From Bacteroidota bacterium (lineage in GTDB: Bacteria > Bacteroidota > Bacteroidia > NS11-12g > UBA9320): a DNA stretch of 64,000 nt. The stretch spans positions 317,211-381,210 of the forward strand of contig WGNA01000011.1 in NCBI GenBank assembly GCA_016124755.1, in the 5' to 3' direction. The position numbers and the translations under genes are program-made. Of the stretch, positions 20,391 through 31,759 are shown in pieces (the first letter of the stretch is position 1; every line of letters begins with the position of its first letter). The notes beneath the pieces were generated by a model. The model searched no databases, was not told the origin of the DNA, and saw only the letters and a list, made by a program, of their open reading frames with translations.

Positions 20391-20999
20391 ATGAGGAGGC
20401 AATTTATAAGTTTATTTCTTCTGATATTCACTTTTTTTTCAGGCATCACCGTCACTTTTACGGGTTGCAGCAGTATCGATAACCGGTACTTTAAAATGCT
20501 CGACACACTCGATAACCGAATGGTGGAAACCCGCAAACTTCTGTTAATAGACTACAAGACTATTGAAAACCGCAGAGATCTCATTGAATCTCATTTGCGA
20601 CTTATTGATATGTATGTTCGGGATACCATGACTCCGGAATTCGGGATGCAACTCGGGAAATACGAAGGTGTGCTAAAAATCTACAAGAACTTTTTAAAAA
20701 ACTACAGCGAATGTCTGGAAGAAACAGAAGAACTCACCGAGCAAGCCGAAGACCTGAGAAAGGCAGTGGAGAGCAAGGAAATTTCAAAAGATTCTTTCAA
20801 GGTTTATTATGCGAAAGAAACCGATGATCAGATCGAAAACATGACAAGAGTTCGAAACCTCATAAAACCGGTGCATTCTGTGGAACCCGATTATCAGCGG
20901 ATCAGCCGGATGGTCAATGAATATCTGACGAGTCTTGCCGCCAAAGATGAAGATCTGGCCAGAATACTAAAATCTCTTTCCGACACTACCTCTAAATAG
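20391..20999 (+). CDS. Hypothetical lipoprotein, alpha-helical
   Basis: Hydrophobic N-terminus ending in FTGC lipobox-like motif. Confidence 0.6.
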   Translation: MRRQFISLFLLIFTFFSGITVTFTGCSSIDNRYFKMLDTLDNRMVETRKLLLIDYKTIENRRDLIESHLRLIDMYVRDTMTPEFGMQLGKYEGVLKIYKNFLKNYSECLEETEELTEQAEDLRKAVESKEISKDSFKVYYAKETDDQIENMTRVRNLIKPVHSVEPDYQRISRMVNEYLTSLAAKDEDLARILKSLSDTTSK

Positions 21000-21026
21000 C
21001 CTTCTTCCGGCATACTTCAGAAACTC

Positions 21027-21055
21027 TTTGAATATGCCGAATACATATATTTTTG
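21027..21055 (+). promoter_or_regulatory. Bacteroidota -33/-7 promoter of gcvP
   Basis: TTTG (21027-21030) and TATTTTTG (21048-21055). Confidence 0.55.
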
Positions 21056-21076
21056 CAGCGCTTAATTTAACGCATC

Positions 21077-23965
21077 ATGGCGCTCAAAATCGATCAAATA
21101 GAGTTTTTTAAAAATCGTCACAACAGCATTACCGAAGCCGAAAGAGCCGAAATGCTGAAAACAATCGGCGTGTCTTCCGTCGATGAACTGATCAACAAAA
21201 CCATTCCTGCCGACATCCGACTTTCGGAGCATCTCGACATTTCACCCGCAATGAGTGAGCAGGCATTTCTTTCGAATCTGAAGAAGATCGCCGCTCAGAA
21301 TAAAATCTTCAGAAGCTACATCGGAATGGGTTATTACAACACTTTCACTCCGCATGTAATTCTCAGAAATATTATGGAGAATCCGGGTTGGTACACCCAG
21401 TACACACCCTATCAGGCTGAGATTGCACAGGGACGTCTCGAAGCACTTCTCAACTACCAAACTATGGTTAACGATCTTACCGGAATGGAGTTGTCGAACG
21501 CTTCTCTTCTTGATGAAGGTACTGCTGCTGCTGAAGCCATGCACATGTTCCACGATATCTGTAAGAAGAAAGATGCCAATAAATTCTTCGTGGATGAAAG
21601 AATTTTCCCGCAAACCCTCGATGTATTGGTTACCCGCTCAGAACCGGTTGGAGTGGAACTCGTGATCGGTGATTTTGCAACGGCTCAACTCGACGAGTCT
21701 TTCTTCGGAGCGTTGGTTCAATATCCGGATGCACACGGCGAAGTGCGCGATTACAGAAGTTTCTGCGAGGCTGCCCATAGCAATGATATTTTAGTGGTTG
21801 CCGTTTCTGATCTTCTTTCTCTTACCATGTTAACACCTCCCGGTGAATGGGGAGCCGACTGTGTGGTGGGTAATTCTCAAAGATTTGGTGTACCGCTCGG
21901 TTATGGCGGACCGCACGCTGCCTTCTTCGCAACCAGAGAAGAATACAAACGTCAGGTTCCCGGAAGAATCATCGGAATCAGTAAAGATGCGCAGGGTAAT
22001 TATGCGTTGAGAATGGCGCTTCAAACCCGCGAACAACACATCAAACGGGATAAGGCAACTTCCAATATTTGCACGGCTCAGGTCCTGTTGGCGGTAATGG
22101 CGGGAATGTATGCTGTTTATCACGGGCCGGAGGGTTTAAAAACTATTGCCGGAAAGGTTCACGGTTTAACCAAGGTTTTAAATTCAGCATTAAAACGTCA
22201 GGGTTACCAGACCGGTGACACCGATTTCTTCGATACGTTGCGCGTTCAGAATTTGTCTGGCTCACAAATCGATTCAATTCATAAAGCCGCTCTTTCAAAA
22301 GAGATTAATCTTTCAATCGGCAGTAACTGGATTCAGATATCATTAGATGAAACCACTTCATTGGCGGATGTTCAGGATATCTCAGATTGTTTCGCAGCCG
22401 ATTCCGGAAATCATACGCAGGTTTCGGATTTCACACACGATCTGGAAGTGGAATGGAACGATATGTTCGTGCGTAAAAGCGATTTCATGACCCATGAAGT
22501 CTTTCATAATTACCACACCGAACACGAAATGCTCCGGTACATGAAGTCGTTGGAAAACAAAGATCTCTCTTTGGTTCACTCCATGATTTCTCTGGGAAGT
22601 TGTACCATGAAACTCAACGCTACAACGGAAATGATTCCGGTTACATGGCCCGAGTTCAATTCTATTCATCCGTTCGTTCCTAAAGATCAGGTGAAAGGAT
22701 ATCTTCAGATTCTGGAAGAACTTGGAAATGATCTCGCGGAAATTACCGGATTTGCGGGAGTTAGTCTTCAGCCAAATGCAGGTTCACAGGGTGAGTATGC
22801 CGGACTGATGGTTATCCGTGAATATTTTAAAGATCGCGGTGAATCGCACAGAAACATTGCACTCATTCCTTCTTCAGCCCACGGAACCAATCCGGCGAGT
22901 GCGGTAATGGCAGGGATGAAGGTCGTGGTTGTGAAATGTTTAGAAAACGGATACATCGATCTCGAAGATCTCAATGCCAAAGCGGAGGAACATGCCAATG
23001 ATCTCGCTTGCATCATGGTCACCTACCCTTCAACGAACGGTGTTTACGAAGAAACTATCAAGCAAATTACTTCTGTGGTTCACAAACACGGAGGTCAGGT
23101 TTATATGGATGGCGCTAATATGAATGCTCAGGTTGGATTAACCAATCCGGGAATGATCGGAGCCGACGTTTGTCACCTCAACCTGCACAAAACTTTCTGT
23201 ATTCCGCACGGTGGTGGCGGGCCTGGAATGGGACCGATTTGCTGTGCCGAACATCTCAAACCGTATTTGCCGGGACATGCTGTTGTTCGTATCGGAGAGG
23301 ACAAAGCCATGCATGCTGTTTCAGCAGCTCCGTTCGGAAGTGCTTCTATTCTTCTGATTTCTTACGCCTATATTAAAATGATGGGTTACAACGGACTTAA
23401 AGAAGCAACCGAAACGGCTATCCTTAATGCTAATTACATTAAAGCGAGATTGGAAGGTCATTACGATATGTTGTTCAAAGGCAAAAACGGAACAGTTGCC
23501 CACGAAAAAATTATTGACACCCGAGGCTTCAAACAAACATCCGGAGTTGTAGTGGAAGATATCGCCAAGCGTTTAATGGATTACGGATATCACGCTCCAA
23601 CCGTTTCATTCCCGATTGCCGGAACATTAATGGTGGAACCGACGGAAAGCGAGAGCAAAGCCGAACTCGACCGATTCTGCGAAGTGATGATTTCGATTCG
23701 AAACGAAATTAAAGACATTGAAGAAGGTCGTCTCGATAAAGAAGACAATATGTTGGTGAATGCTCCGCACACGGCCCAGATGGTGATCAGCGACAACTGG
23801 AATCACGGTTATTCCCGCGAAAGAGCAGCCTTCCCGTTGAATTGGGTAAGAGCTAAAAAATTCTGGCCGACCGTTGCCCGCGTTGATAACACATACGGTG
23901 ATCGTCACCTGGTTTGCAGTTGCCTTCCGTTAGAAGCTTATGAAAGTGACACCGCCAACGCGTAA
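21077..23965 (+). CDS. gcvP: Glycine dehydrogenase (decarboxylating), P protein
   Basis: [29 protein letters not shown] and [18 protein letters not shown] motifs. Confidence 0.97.
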   Translation: MALKIDQIEFFKNRHNSITEAERAEMLKTIGVSSVDELINKTIPADIRLSEHLDISPAMSEQAFLSNLKKIAAQNKIFRSYIGMGYYNTFTPHVILRNIMENPGWYTQYTPYQAEIAQGRLEALLNYQTMVNDLTGMELSNASLLDEGTAAAEAMHMFHDICKKKDANKFFVDERIFPQTLDVLVTRSEPVGVELVIGDFATAQLDESFFGALVQYPDAHGEVRDYRSFCEAAHSNDILVVAVSDLLSLTMLTPPGEWGADCVVGNSQRFGVPLGYGGPHAAFFATREEYKRQVPGRIIGISKDAQGNYALRMALQTREQHIKRDKATSNICTAQVLLAVMAGMYAVYHGPEGLKTIAGKVHGLTKVLNSALKRQGYQTGDTDFFDTLRVQNLSGSQIDSIHKAALSKEINLSIGSNWIQISLDETTSLADVQDISDCFAADSGNHTQVSDFTHDLEVEWNDMFVRKSDFMTHEVFHNYHTEHEMLRYMKSLENKDLSLVHSMISLGSCTMKLNATTEMIPVTWPEFNSIHPFVPKDQVKGYLQILEELGNDLAEITGFAGVSLQPNAGSQGEYAGLMVIREYFKDRGESHRNIALIPSSAHGTNPASAVMAGMKVVVVKCLENGYIDLEDLNAKAEEHANDLACIMVTYPSTNGVYEETIKQITSVVHKHGGQVYMDGANMNAQVGLTNPGMIGADVCHLNLHKTFCIPHGGGGPGMGPICCAEHLKPYLPGHAVVRIGEDKAMHAVSAAPFGSASILLISYAYIKMMGYNGLKEATETAILNANYIKARLEGHYDMLFKGKNGTVAHEKIIDTRGFKQTSGVVVEDIAKRLMDYGYHAPTVSFPIAGTLMVEPTESESKAELDRFCEVMISIRNEIKDIEEGRLDKEDNMLVNAPHTAQMVISDNWNHGYSRERAAFPLNWVRAKKFWPTVARVDNTYGDRHLVCSCLPLEAYESDTANA

Positions 23966-24067
23966 GTCTCATTTTCAATTGAATTGATCTGATAAATTTT
24001 GGGGTTGATGAAAAAGTCAACCCCGAATCTCATATCTTGCAGGCCACACCATTCACCTTATAATCCA

Positions 24068-24544
24068 TTGGAAATTGGTCTGATCATTCTTTTTATTGTT
24101 GTTGGGCTGATTTTTCTGCTCATTGAAATTCTGATTACCCCGGGAGTAATGCTCGGCATTGTCGGAATATTTTTTATCGCCCTTGGAATCTGGCGTTCAT
24201 ATTATTCTTTCGGATCAACCGTCGGCAACATTGTGCTGATTTCAGTTTTCACGGGAACTGTTGCATCCATCATTCTTGCACTAAAAGGAGGCGTCTGGAA
24301 ACGGATGGCATCAAATGAAACGATCGCATCACGGGCGGTTGAAGATGTGAATACGATTGTTAAAGTCGGTGATATAGGAAAGACGCTATCGGCTTTAAGA
24401 CCAAGTGGGAATGCGGTATTCGGTGAGCACAAAACCGAAGTGGCGACACTCGGTGAACCGGTTGAACCGGGACAAACCATTGAAGTGATTCAGATCGAAA
24501 GGAATAAGATAATTGTTAGAAAACATCAGAATTCCGAAGTTTGA
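24068..24544 (+). CDS. nfeD: Short NfeD family protein (NfeD1b/YqeZ C-terminal type)
   Basis: Three TM helices then G.TLSALRPSG OB-fold; upstream of floA; TTG start assumed. Confidence 0.8.
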   Translation: MEIGLIILFIVVGLIFLLIEILITPGVMLGIVGIFFIALGIWRSYYSFGSTVGNIVLISVFTGTVASIILALKGGVWKRMASNETIASRAVEDVNTIVKVGDIGKTLSALRPSGNAVFGEHKTEVATLGEPVEPGQTIEVIQIERNKIIVRKHQNSEV

Positions 24545-24583
24545 CCAATCAAGAAAAACCTTAAACACTAAAAAAATACATCT

Positions 24584-25570
24584 ATGGAAGGGCCATTACT
24601 GATATTCGTTATCGTCGCCATTATTATTTTCATCTTTATCTTCCTGTACTTCGTGCCGGTAAGTCTGTGGTTTACAGCGTGGGTATCCGGAGTTCGGGTA
24701 AGTATTGTTCAGCTTATATTAATGCGAATCCGTAAAGTGCCACCGTCATTAATTATTAATGCACAAATTAATTCATTAAAGGCCGGGCTCAAGACGACGA
24801 CGAATGAGTTGGAAACCCACTATATGGCAGGTGGTAATGTAAACAATGTAATCAAGGCTCTCATTAGTGCGGATAAAGCGAACATCGCGCTGGACTTTAA
24901 TCTCGCTGCGGCTATCGACCTCGCGGGAAGAGACGTGTTCGATGCGGTTCAGCTGAGTGTTAATCCGCGGGTAATAAATACGCCACCGGTTGCTGCGGTA
25001 GCCAAGGACGGTATTCAGTTGATTGCAAAAGCGCGGGTTACGGTTCGGGCTAATATTCATCAGTTGGTTGGTGGAGCAGGAGAGGAGACAATTCTCGCCC
25101 GTGTTGGGGAAGGTATTGTTACCACGATCGGTTCGGCCGATAATCACAAATCCGTTCTCGAGAACCCGGATCAGATTTCCAAAGTGGTTTTGGCAAAAGG
25201 ACTTGATGCCGGAACTGCATTTGAAATCTTGTCTATTGATATTGCCGACATCGACATAGGAAAGAACATCGGTGCCGGACTTCAAACCGATCAGGCGGAA
25301 GCGGATTTGAAAGTGGCGAATGCAAAAGCGGAAGAGCGACGTGCGCTGGCTGTTGCGAGTGAACAGGAAATGCGCGCAAAATCACAGGAAGCTCGTGCTC
25401 AGGTAATTCTTGCCGAAGCAGAAATTCCAAAAGCGATCGCAGAGGCATTCCGTCAGGGTAACTTGGGCGTAATGGATTATTACCGGTTAAAGAATATTGA
25501 ATCCGATACTAATATGCGCGATTCCATTGCCGGCCCGACAGCTCAACAGAAGAAGAAGGAGAAGGAATAA
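24584..25570 (+). CDS. floA: Flotillin-like protein FloA (YqfA/UPF0365)
   Basis: [36 protein letters not shown] and [17 protein letters not shown]. Confidence 0.93.
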   Translation: MEGPLLIFVIVAIIIFIFIFLYFVPVSLWFTAWVSGVRVSIVQLILMRIRKVPPSLIINAQINSLKAGLKTTTNELETHYMAGGNVNNVIKALISADKANIALDFNLAAAIDLAGRDVFDAVQLSVNPRVINTPPVAAVAKDGIQLIAKARVTVRANIHQLVGGAGEETILARVGEGIVTTIGSADNHKSVLENPDQISKVVLAKGLDAGTAFEILSIDIADIDIGKNIGAGLQTDQAEADLKVANAKAEERRALAVASEQEMRAKSQEARAQVILAEAEIPKAIAEAFRQGNLGVMDYYRLKNIESDTNMRDSIAGPTAQQKKKEKE

Positions 25571-25580
25571 TGGGGAATCA

Positions 25581-25637
25581 CTGACGAAAGCCTGAGTGCA
25601 GAATGGATAAGGATAAATTTATGGGAGGCTTTGTCAG
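25581..25637 (+). repeat. Repeat A copy 1: 57-bp hairpin element CTGACGAAAGCC...GGCTTTGTCAG
   Basis: Other copies at 26011, 29477 and 56396 (reverse). Confidence 0.85.
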
Positions 25638-25694
25638 CATAAATTGAAGAAATGGGGAATTGGGGAATTCGAGAATTATTGAAAACCTCCTCAA

Positions 25695-25843
25695 TTTCAC
25701 ACAACGTCACAACGACATTTTGCTCTTAAAACTCATTTCGAAATAAAATGGATTCCGTGCTCTTAAAAATCCTTGATATAAGGCACTGAATTTAATGCAC
25801 CAAAACTATTTTTCGAAGAAGAACTTTGTGCAGTTGTGCGAAA
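25695..25843 (+). repeat. Repeat B copy 1: 149-bp element with imperfect terminal inverted repeats
   Basis: TTTCACACAACG...GTTGTGCGAAA; same length as copies at 29599 and 31760. Confidence 0.8.
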
Positions 25844-25888
25844 CTCCAACCCAAAATCCGATTGAATTATTCCTTTGATCTGCGCGAA

Positions 25889-25954
25889 ATTCTGAGTTTG
25901 CGAAGAATCCCCTGAGACCCAAAAGAACCCTGTCATTCTGAGCAAAGCGAAGAA
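25889..25954 (+). repeat. Two degenerate GTCATTCTGAGC..AGCGAAGAA REP-like units
   Basis: ATTCTGAGTTTGCGAAGAATCC and TGTCATTCTGAGCAAAGCGAAGAA. Confidence 0.5.
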
Positions 25955-26010
25955 ACCCGGGATGGAATTGGTGAATTGTTCAATTGGAGAAATGGGGAAT
26001 TTGTGAATTA

Positions 26011-26068
26011 CTGACGAATGCCACTGAATTTTTCATTTAACAGCTTTTTATTAAAACGGCATTGTCAG
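26011..26068 (+). repeat. Repeat A divergent copy
   Basis: CTGACGAATGCC...GGCATTGTCAG: compensatory change in the stem, unrelated loop. Confidence 0.75.
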
Positions 26069-26308
26069 TATAAATTGGAGAAATATGGAATTGAGAAAAA
26101 ATCAGCCAGTGCATTTGGTTTCCACCGAAAATGCTCATCCGAAAATTAAATCTCTTTCATTCTTAATTCCTTTCATTCTTTTCATTTCAATTCTGAAGTC
26201 GTCTGTATCCAAAATCACTACACCTACACAAAATGACATCCTTGTGGTTGGCTTGATTTTCTGATCCGTTCAACTTTCTTTATCCTTGATTTCCAAAAGA
26301 CCAAGGGA

Positions 26309-29300
26309 ATGTTCTTCGGAAGAAAAAGCCACTTATTTTCTTTCCTCATTATTTGGGTTTGGAGTTTATTTCTCTCAACCGTCATTGCACAGAACCAGCA
26401 TAATATCTGGTACTTTGGTCAGAAAGCCGGATTAAAATTTTACAATGGATCTTATTCGGTAAGTGTGCTCACCGACGGACAAATGCAACAAATAGAAGGA
26501 GTAGCGAGCATTTCAGACAAAAACGGAAATCTGCTTTTTTATTCTAATGGCCAGATCGTTTACAACTCAAACCACCAACCGATGAACAACGGTTCCGGAT
26601 TAAAAGGTCATGCTTCGGCAACTCAGGGCTCCGTAGTTGTGCCCGCTCCCGGATCGGATAGTCTGTATTATTTGTTCACTACAGGTGCGGTGGAAGACGG
26701 AAATATCAGCGTATATTATTCCATAATCGATATGTCGCTGGATTATGGTTACGGTGATGTGATCTCGTCTTCCAAAAACACATTGCTGTACACCGGAAGT
26801 TGTGAAAAATGTGCGGCAACTTATCACTGCGACAATACTTCGGTTTGGGTGATGTTTCACGATTACGGGAGCAATCAGTACCGCGCGTATCTGTTGTCAA
26901 AAAGCGGTTTGTCATCAAGTCCGGTAACTTCCTCCATCGGAACAACTCATAACTCTTCATGGCAAAGAGCCGGACAAATGAAATTCTCCGGAGACGGCAA
27001 CCGCATCGCAAACGCCATTCGGGGAACCGATAAAAGCACCAGTTGTGTTGACGTGCTCGAGTTTAACCGCAGTACCGGAAAAGTTACGGGTTTTATTGCC
27101 AGCCTTAAACCGGGAGAACTCACACATGGTGTTGCTTTTTCACCAAATGATTCGTTACTCTATGTCTCTTCCGGTTCTTCTGTTCCACCAACCGGAACCG
27201 GAAAACTCAACCAATACGATTTGTACGCGGGTAACGGATCGGCTTCAGCCATTGCAGGGTCTTCGGTTTTGCTTTCGAATCAGTCAAATATCTGGTTCGG
27301 ACAACTACAGCTCGCCATCAACGGACGAATTTACTTATCGCCGCGAAATCAGAGTTCATTGGGTGTTGTCTACTACCCGAATGCAAAAGGCACCAATTGT
27401 TATTTTGTATTGAACGGACAATCGCTTGGTGGCCGAACCGCTGAACTGGGATTGCCGAATTTCGTGAGTACCGAAGCCCCACCCAATATTGCGAGTCTCG
27501 GCGACGATCGGGATGTGTGCGAAAACGACAGTGTGGTCTTCGAAATAAAATCTGCCAACTCCACTTTTTTGTGGCAGGATAATTCAACGGATTCCATTTT
27601 TATCGCGAAAAAATCCGGGAAATATTGGGTTGAGGTTAACCGAAACGGATGCACGTCTTCCGACACTGTTAATGTTTTGCTTCATCCCGCAATTGCCAAA
27701 CCGGACATTGATCCGGATACAACGGTTTGCGAAAACGATACGATTTGGTTAGATGCCACAACCTCCGGCGCAACCTACGAATGGAACGACAAAAGCAATC
27801 AAGCCAAACTTGCAATTACAAATGCGGGAACCTATTGGGTGGAGATTCAAAAAGATTTTTGCAAAGCTGCAGACACGGTCGATATCACATTTAAAAAATA
27901 CCCTCCCAAACCCGATCTCGGTGAAGATACTGCTCTTTGCAAAGTGGATTCTCTGGTACTGGATGCTGCCTCAAATTTTGCTACTTATTTATGGCAGGAT
28001 GGCGATACCGGTGCCGTTTATACCGTGACAGACAGCGGAACATATCATGTAATCGTTGATGTTTACGGATGTCATCGGGCAGATACGATTCATGTTTCGT
28101 TAAAACCCGATCCGCCCAAACCAAATCTTGGGAACGACACTTCGATATGTGCTATCGATACATTGATTTTAGATGCAACCACTTCCGGTGTGATGTACGA
28201 TTGGCAGGATCATTCAACGAATTCAACATTTATCGTTAGAGATTCCGGAACGTATTCGGTTGTGCTTGATCTGGATGGTTGCCTTTCATCCGACACCATT
28301 GTTATTGGCAGAAATCCAGCGACACCGAAACCCGATCTCGGCCCGGATACGGCGATTTGCGAAGGAGGTAATTATCTCATTGATGCCACAACATCGAATG
28401 CAATTTATTCTTGGCAGGATAATTCAATGCAATCGACTTTTCTCGCTTCTGATTCCGGTTTGTTCTGGGTGATAATTTCCGTAAACGGATGCCGGAACTC
28501 CGACTCTGTGCATATTACGCAATATCCGATTCCACCCAAACCGAATCTTGGAAACGATACAATTTTGTGTGACGATGTCTCTTTAACATTGGATGCTACA
28601 ACGGCAAACGCAACGTATCAATGGCAGGATAACAGTGCTCAACCTACGTTTGAAACAGATCAGGACGGGGATTTTTGGGTTACGATTTCGGTTAATGGTT
28701 GTGTTAATAGTGACACTGTTTCAATTCAACACATTGAATCTCCTCCCAAACCGGATCTCGGTCCGGATGGTTTTGTATGCGGAAGCGATTCGGTGATCTT
28801 AAAAGTTGAACCCAAAGGTGCTTCGGTTTTATGGCAAGACAATTCAACCGATTCAGTTTTTGTAATAAACGATGCCGGATATTATTGGGTAAAACTATCC
28901 AACGGAAAATGCACATCTGCAGACTCGGTTTCGTACCTGCATTATTTTCCGCCAACCAAACCGGATTTGGGAAATGATACTGCGATTTGTCAGTTTGAAG
29001 AACTCGAGTTTCGGGTAAATACGAAAGAAGCTTCTTTTTTATGGAGCGACGGTTCGGAGGATTTTATTAAAATCATCAATCAGCCCGGAACGTATTGGTT
29101 GAAATTTTCGAATCAATGCGGAACCGAATCGGATACCGTTGTGGTGGATGTAATATCCTGCATTGAGGATATTTTGATGCCATCCGGATTTTCACCGAAC
29201 AACGATGTTGTAAATCCGGATTTTGGTCCGGTCACCGATCGCTTTGGCCCCGATGATTATGTACTTAGAATTTACAACCGCTGGGGCGAACTCATTTTTG

Positions 29301-29440
29301 AAAGTACGACGCAAACACCGAGATGGAATGGAACGTATCAGGAAAAAGTCGTTCCCACGGGAGCATATTTATGGATATTGGAGGTTAAGCGTCCGTATCA
29401 GAAATACAGTTCTAAAGGAATGGTGAATGTGGTTCGGTAG
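26309..29440 (+). CDS. T9SS type B (gliding-motility-associated CTD) surface protein with beta-propeller-like N-terminus and 8 x 70-aa repeats
   Basis: NIWYFG N-terminus; eight P.LG.DT..C repeats at 210-bp period (27491-29170); CTD PSGFSPNND...IYNRWGELIF...WNGT. Confidence 0.88.
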   Translation: MFFGRKSHLFSFLIIWVWSLFLSTVIAQNQHNIWYFGQKAGLKFYNGSYSVSVLTDGQMQQIEGVASISDKNGNLLFYSNGQIVYNSNHQPMNNGSGLKGHASATQGSVVVPAPGSDSLYYLFTTGAVEDGNISVYYSIIDMSLDYGYGDVISSSKNTLLYTGSCEKCAATYHCDNTSVWVMFHDYGSNQYRAYLLSKSGLSSSPVTSSIGTTHNSSWQRAGQMKFSGDGNRIANAIRGTDKSTSCVDVLEFNRSTGKVTGFIASLKPGELTHGVAFSPNDSLLYVSSGSSVPPTGTGKLNQYDLYAGNGSASAIAGSSVLLSNQSNIWFGQLQLAINGRIYLSPRNQSSLGVVYYPNAKGTNCYFVLNGQSLGGRTAELGLPNFVSTEAPPNIASLGDDRDVCENDSVVFEIKSANSTFLWQDNSTDSIFIAKKSGKYWVEVNRNGCTSSDTVNVLLHPAIAKPDIDPDTTVCENDTIWLDATTSGATYEWNDKSNQAKLAITNAGTYWVEIQKDFCKAADTVDITFKKYPPKPDLGEDTALCKVDSLVLDAASNFATYLWQDGDTGAVYTVTDSGTYHVIVDVYGCHRADTIHVSLKPDPPKPNLGNDTSICAIDTLILDATTSGVMYDWQDHSTNSTFIVRDSGTYSVVLDLDGCLSSDTIVIGRNPATPKPDLGPDTAICEGGNYLIDATTSNAIYSWQDNSMQSTFLASDSGLFWVIISVNGCRNSDSVHITQYPIPPKPNLGNDTILCDDVSLTLDATTANATYQWQDNSAQPTFETDQDGDFWVTISVNGCVNSDTVSIQHIESPPKPDLGPDGFVCGSDSVILKVEPKGASVLWQDNSTDSVFVINDAGYYWVKLSNGKCTSADSVSYLHYFPPTKPDLGNDTAICQFEELEFRVNTKEASFLWSDGSEDFIKIINQPGTYWLKFSNQCGTESDTVVVDVISCIEDILMPSGFSPNNDVVNPDFGPVTDRFGPDDYVLRIYNRWGELIFESTTQTPRWNGTYQEKVVPTGAYLWILEVKRPYQKYSSKGMVNVVR

Positions 29441-29476
29441 TCAGCCCTTGCATTATCAGAATACATTGGTGGATTA

Positions 29477-29533
29477 CTGACGAAAGCCTGAGTGCACAAT
29501 GGATAAGGAGAAATTTAAGGCAGGCTTTGTCAG
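29477..29533 (+). repeat. Repeat A copy
   Basis: Near-identical to 25581-25637. Confidence 0.85.
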
Positions 29534-29598
29534 CATAAATTGAAGAAATGGGGAATTGGGGAATTCGACAATTGGAGAATTATTGAAAACCTCCTCCA

Positions 29599-29747
29599 TT
29601 TTACACAACGCCACTACGAAATTTTATTTCCCAAAATCATTTCGTAATGAATGAACTCAGTGAGCTTAAAAAGGATTTGCCTTAAGCCACAAAGCTGAAT
29701 TACAGAATAATGTTTTTAAGTGAAGAACTTTGTGTCGTTGTGCGAAA
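29599..29747 (+). repeat. Repeat B copy 2 (149 bp)
   Basis: TTTTACACAACG...CGTTGTGCGAAA. Confidence 0.85.
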
Positions 29748-29835
29748 CCAAAATCAAGCTGCTAAACCAAAGATCGTTGTCTGGGAAGCACTCTTAATTT
29801 ATTTCATCCTTAATTATTAATTGCACACAGCGCAT

Positions 29836-29880
29836 CCGCGTGACTTCGCGAAAAACTTTGCGCGACATTGCGGTTAAAAA
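29836..29880 (-). repeat. Repeat C, reverse degenerate copy
   Basis: Minus strand TTTTTAACCGCAATGTCGCGCAAAGTTTTTCGCGAAGTCACGCGG resembles the 34881 unit. Confidence 0.55.
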
Positions 29881-30163
29881 AACATTAGTCCTCTTTCGTT
29901 ATAATTATAGCCATCACGGATAGATTATTATCCCGTAAGAGTTTTCAAGAGAATAACACACCCGCAACCTATGAGCAAAAGACCCACAGGCGGTTACTCG
30001 AAGCCCTGAGAATTGAACAGTGCTAAAAACATGATCGGCTTCAGTATAGAAGGAGGCTGTTTCACTATTCGGAGATCCGTGCCAGTATGTGTCACGGCTC
30101 ATGGTTTAAAATGGTAATGTTGAATTATTGATAGAATGCGATATTCGGGAAAGTAATTCCAAC

Positions 30164-31756
30164 ATGAATTTTAGAATTATTGCGGTTCTTTTGGCTGTTA
30201 TTACAGGTAATGCATTGAAAGGGCAGGTGTACTCAACACAATACGATTCAGGATGGATTTCTTTTAATTCATTTGAAGTTGGTGAGGATAGTATATTGAT
30301 TTTTGGTTTAGATATCTATCAAGGTAAAGTTGCAGAGCATCGATTGGTTCTGAACCTATGTACTAAAGCCAAATTGATTTGGAGTAAGGAAATCAACATT
30401 CCGAATATGTACTTCACTTCCACATCAAACAGTCGAAGTTCGATTTTAATTGAAAATTATCTGTACATAGGCGGGGTATGTGAAGATAGTTTACACGAAA
30501 ATCAGGCTGGTTATATATTAAAATTTAATCTGAAGGAGGTTGATATTGCTGATTATTCTATCTACCAATTTGGTTATTCGACTCAAATATGGGGGTTAAC
30601 AAATCTAAAAAATGATGAAATTGGTGTGTGTGGTGTATTTAAGTTAACTTCCAATGATGACCCGATACGAAGTTTCCAAATGTCAGTAAATCATGAACTT
30701 GATTCTCTGCGCTCGTACTCTTGGGCATCGGATAGATATAAATCAGAGGGAGGGTCAAATGTATATCCCGAGAATCTTATTGAATATGAAGATGGAACTG
30801 TTTTGTCTGCTCAAATTTCTGCAAGAGCGGATGGATATAAACGTGATCCAATTCTATACAAGGTTAATGAGCAAAATAAGCTGGATTGGACTCTTGAATT
30901 GAGAAATGACACATTTTCACTTTTTAATTTTCTTTTGGTACCGATTGATCAAAATCAATTTATGGGTACTGCGGTGACTTCGTACTATAAACCATATAGG
31001 AATCCGGAAGCACTTCATGCTGATTGGGCTACAATAAATAGAGCTACGGAATTAAGAGTATTTTTTATTGACTCTCTGGGTGAGTTGATTTCCATGCATA
31101 GTATAAAGGAACAGCTACAACCATATTTTAATCATGACATAGTAGACTTGGAACTTGAGCATATTTTGCAACTTCAAGATGGTGGTTATTTGATTGTTGG
31201 TAGATCATTCTATTCTGAGACTTTTGGGGAGCAAGTGGGGTTTATGTTAAAGCTAAATAGCAAAGGAGAGTTTGTTTGGTACAGAAAATACCAACATCAT
31301 GTTTGTACTCCCTACTCTGGGGGATTTGAAATTACTAGAATATTAGGTGTAACTGAATTAAGCAACGGAAATATAGTACTTGCTGGAGAATACATCAGTG
31401 CACCTAGTGATAGTTTTCCTAAAGGCTTTCAATCCGGAATTACATTTTTTACTGATCAGTATGGTTGTTTGATGGAAGATTGTGAAAAACCATCTTTTAT
31501 AAACGATTCAGTTCAACACTACAGCAATCGCACGAAAGTCTTCCCGAATCCATCAAGTGATGGGGACATACATATCAGTAATTCAGATTCGATTAAACGG
31601 GAATTCTGGCTTTTTGATGTAAAAGGAGCACTGATACACTTTGGTAATTATGTGCACGACACCTCATTTTCCATTGAAGTGAATGGCATTTATTTTTTGA
31701 AGACATTGAACCCAGAATCGGGAGAAACCGAAACATTTAAAGTGATTAGAAATTAA
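30164..31756 (+). CDS. T9SS type A sorting domain protein, AT-rich
   Basis: Signal peptide MNFRIIAVLL; LQDGGYLIVG propeller-like motifs; CTD KVFPNPS...NGIYFLK...FKVIRN. Confidence 0.8.
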   Translation: MNFRIIAVLLAVITGNALKGQVYSTQYDSGWISFNSFEVGEDSILIFGLDIYQGKVAEHRLVLNLCTKAKLIWSKEINIPNMYFTSTSNSRSSILIENYLYIGGVCEDSLHENQAGYILKFNLKEVDIADYSIYQFGYSTQIWGLTNLKNDEIGVCGVFKLTSNDDPIRSFQMSVNHELDSLRSYSWASDRYKSEGGSNVYPENLIEYEDGTVLSAQISARADGYKRDPILYKVNEQNKLDWTLELRNDTFSLFNFLLVPIDQNQFMGTAVTSYYKPYRNPEALHADWATINRATELRVFFIDSLGELISMHSIKEQLQPYFNHDIVDLELEHILQLQDGGYLIVGRSFYSETFGEQVGFMLKLNSKGEFVWYRKYQHHVCTPYSGGFEITRILGVTELSNGNIVLAGEYISAPSDSFPKGFQSGITFFTDQYGCLMEDCEKPSFINDSVQHYSNRTKVFPNPSSDGDIHISNSDSIKREFWLFDVKGALIHFGNYVHDTSFSIEVNGIYFLKTLNPESGETETFKVIRN

Positions 31757-31759
31757 TTA

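Noticed and set aside
21000-21076. Glycine riboswitch before gcvP
   Set aside because: The promoter lies ~20 nt from the ATG, leaving no room, and no aptamer motifs are visible.
25581-25637. Hammerhead ribozyme (CUGACGA matches the CUGANGA core)
   Set aside because: No GAAA follows the stem, and CTGAC is itself paired with GTCAG.
29914-30110. Short ORF/hairpin upstream of the AT-rich T9SS gene as a transposase remnant
   Set aside because: No recognisable transposase motif or terminal repeats.
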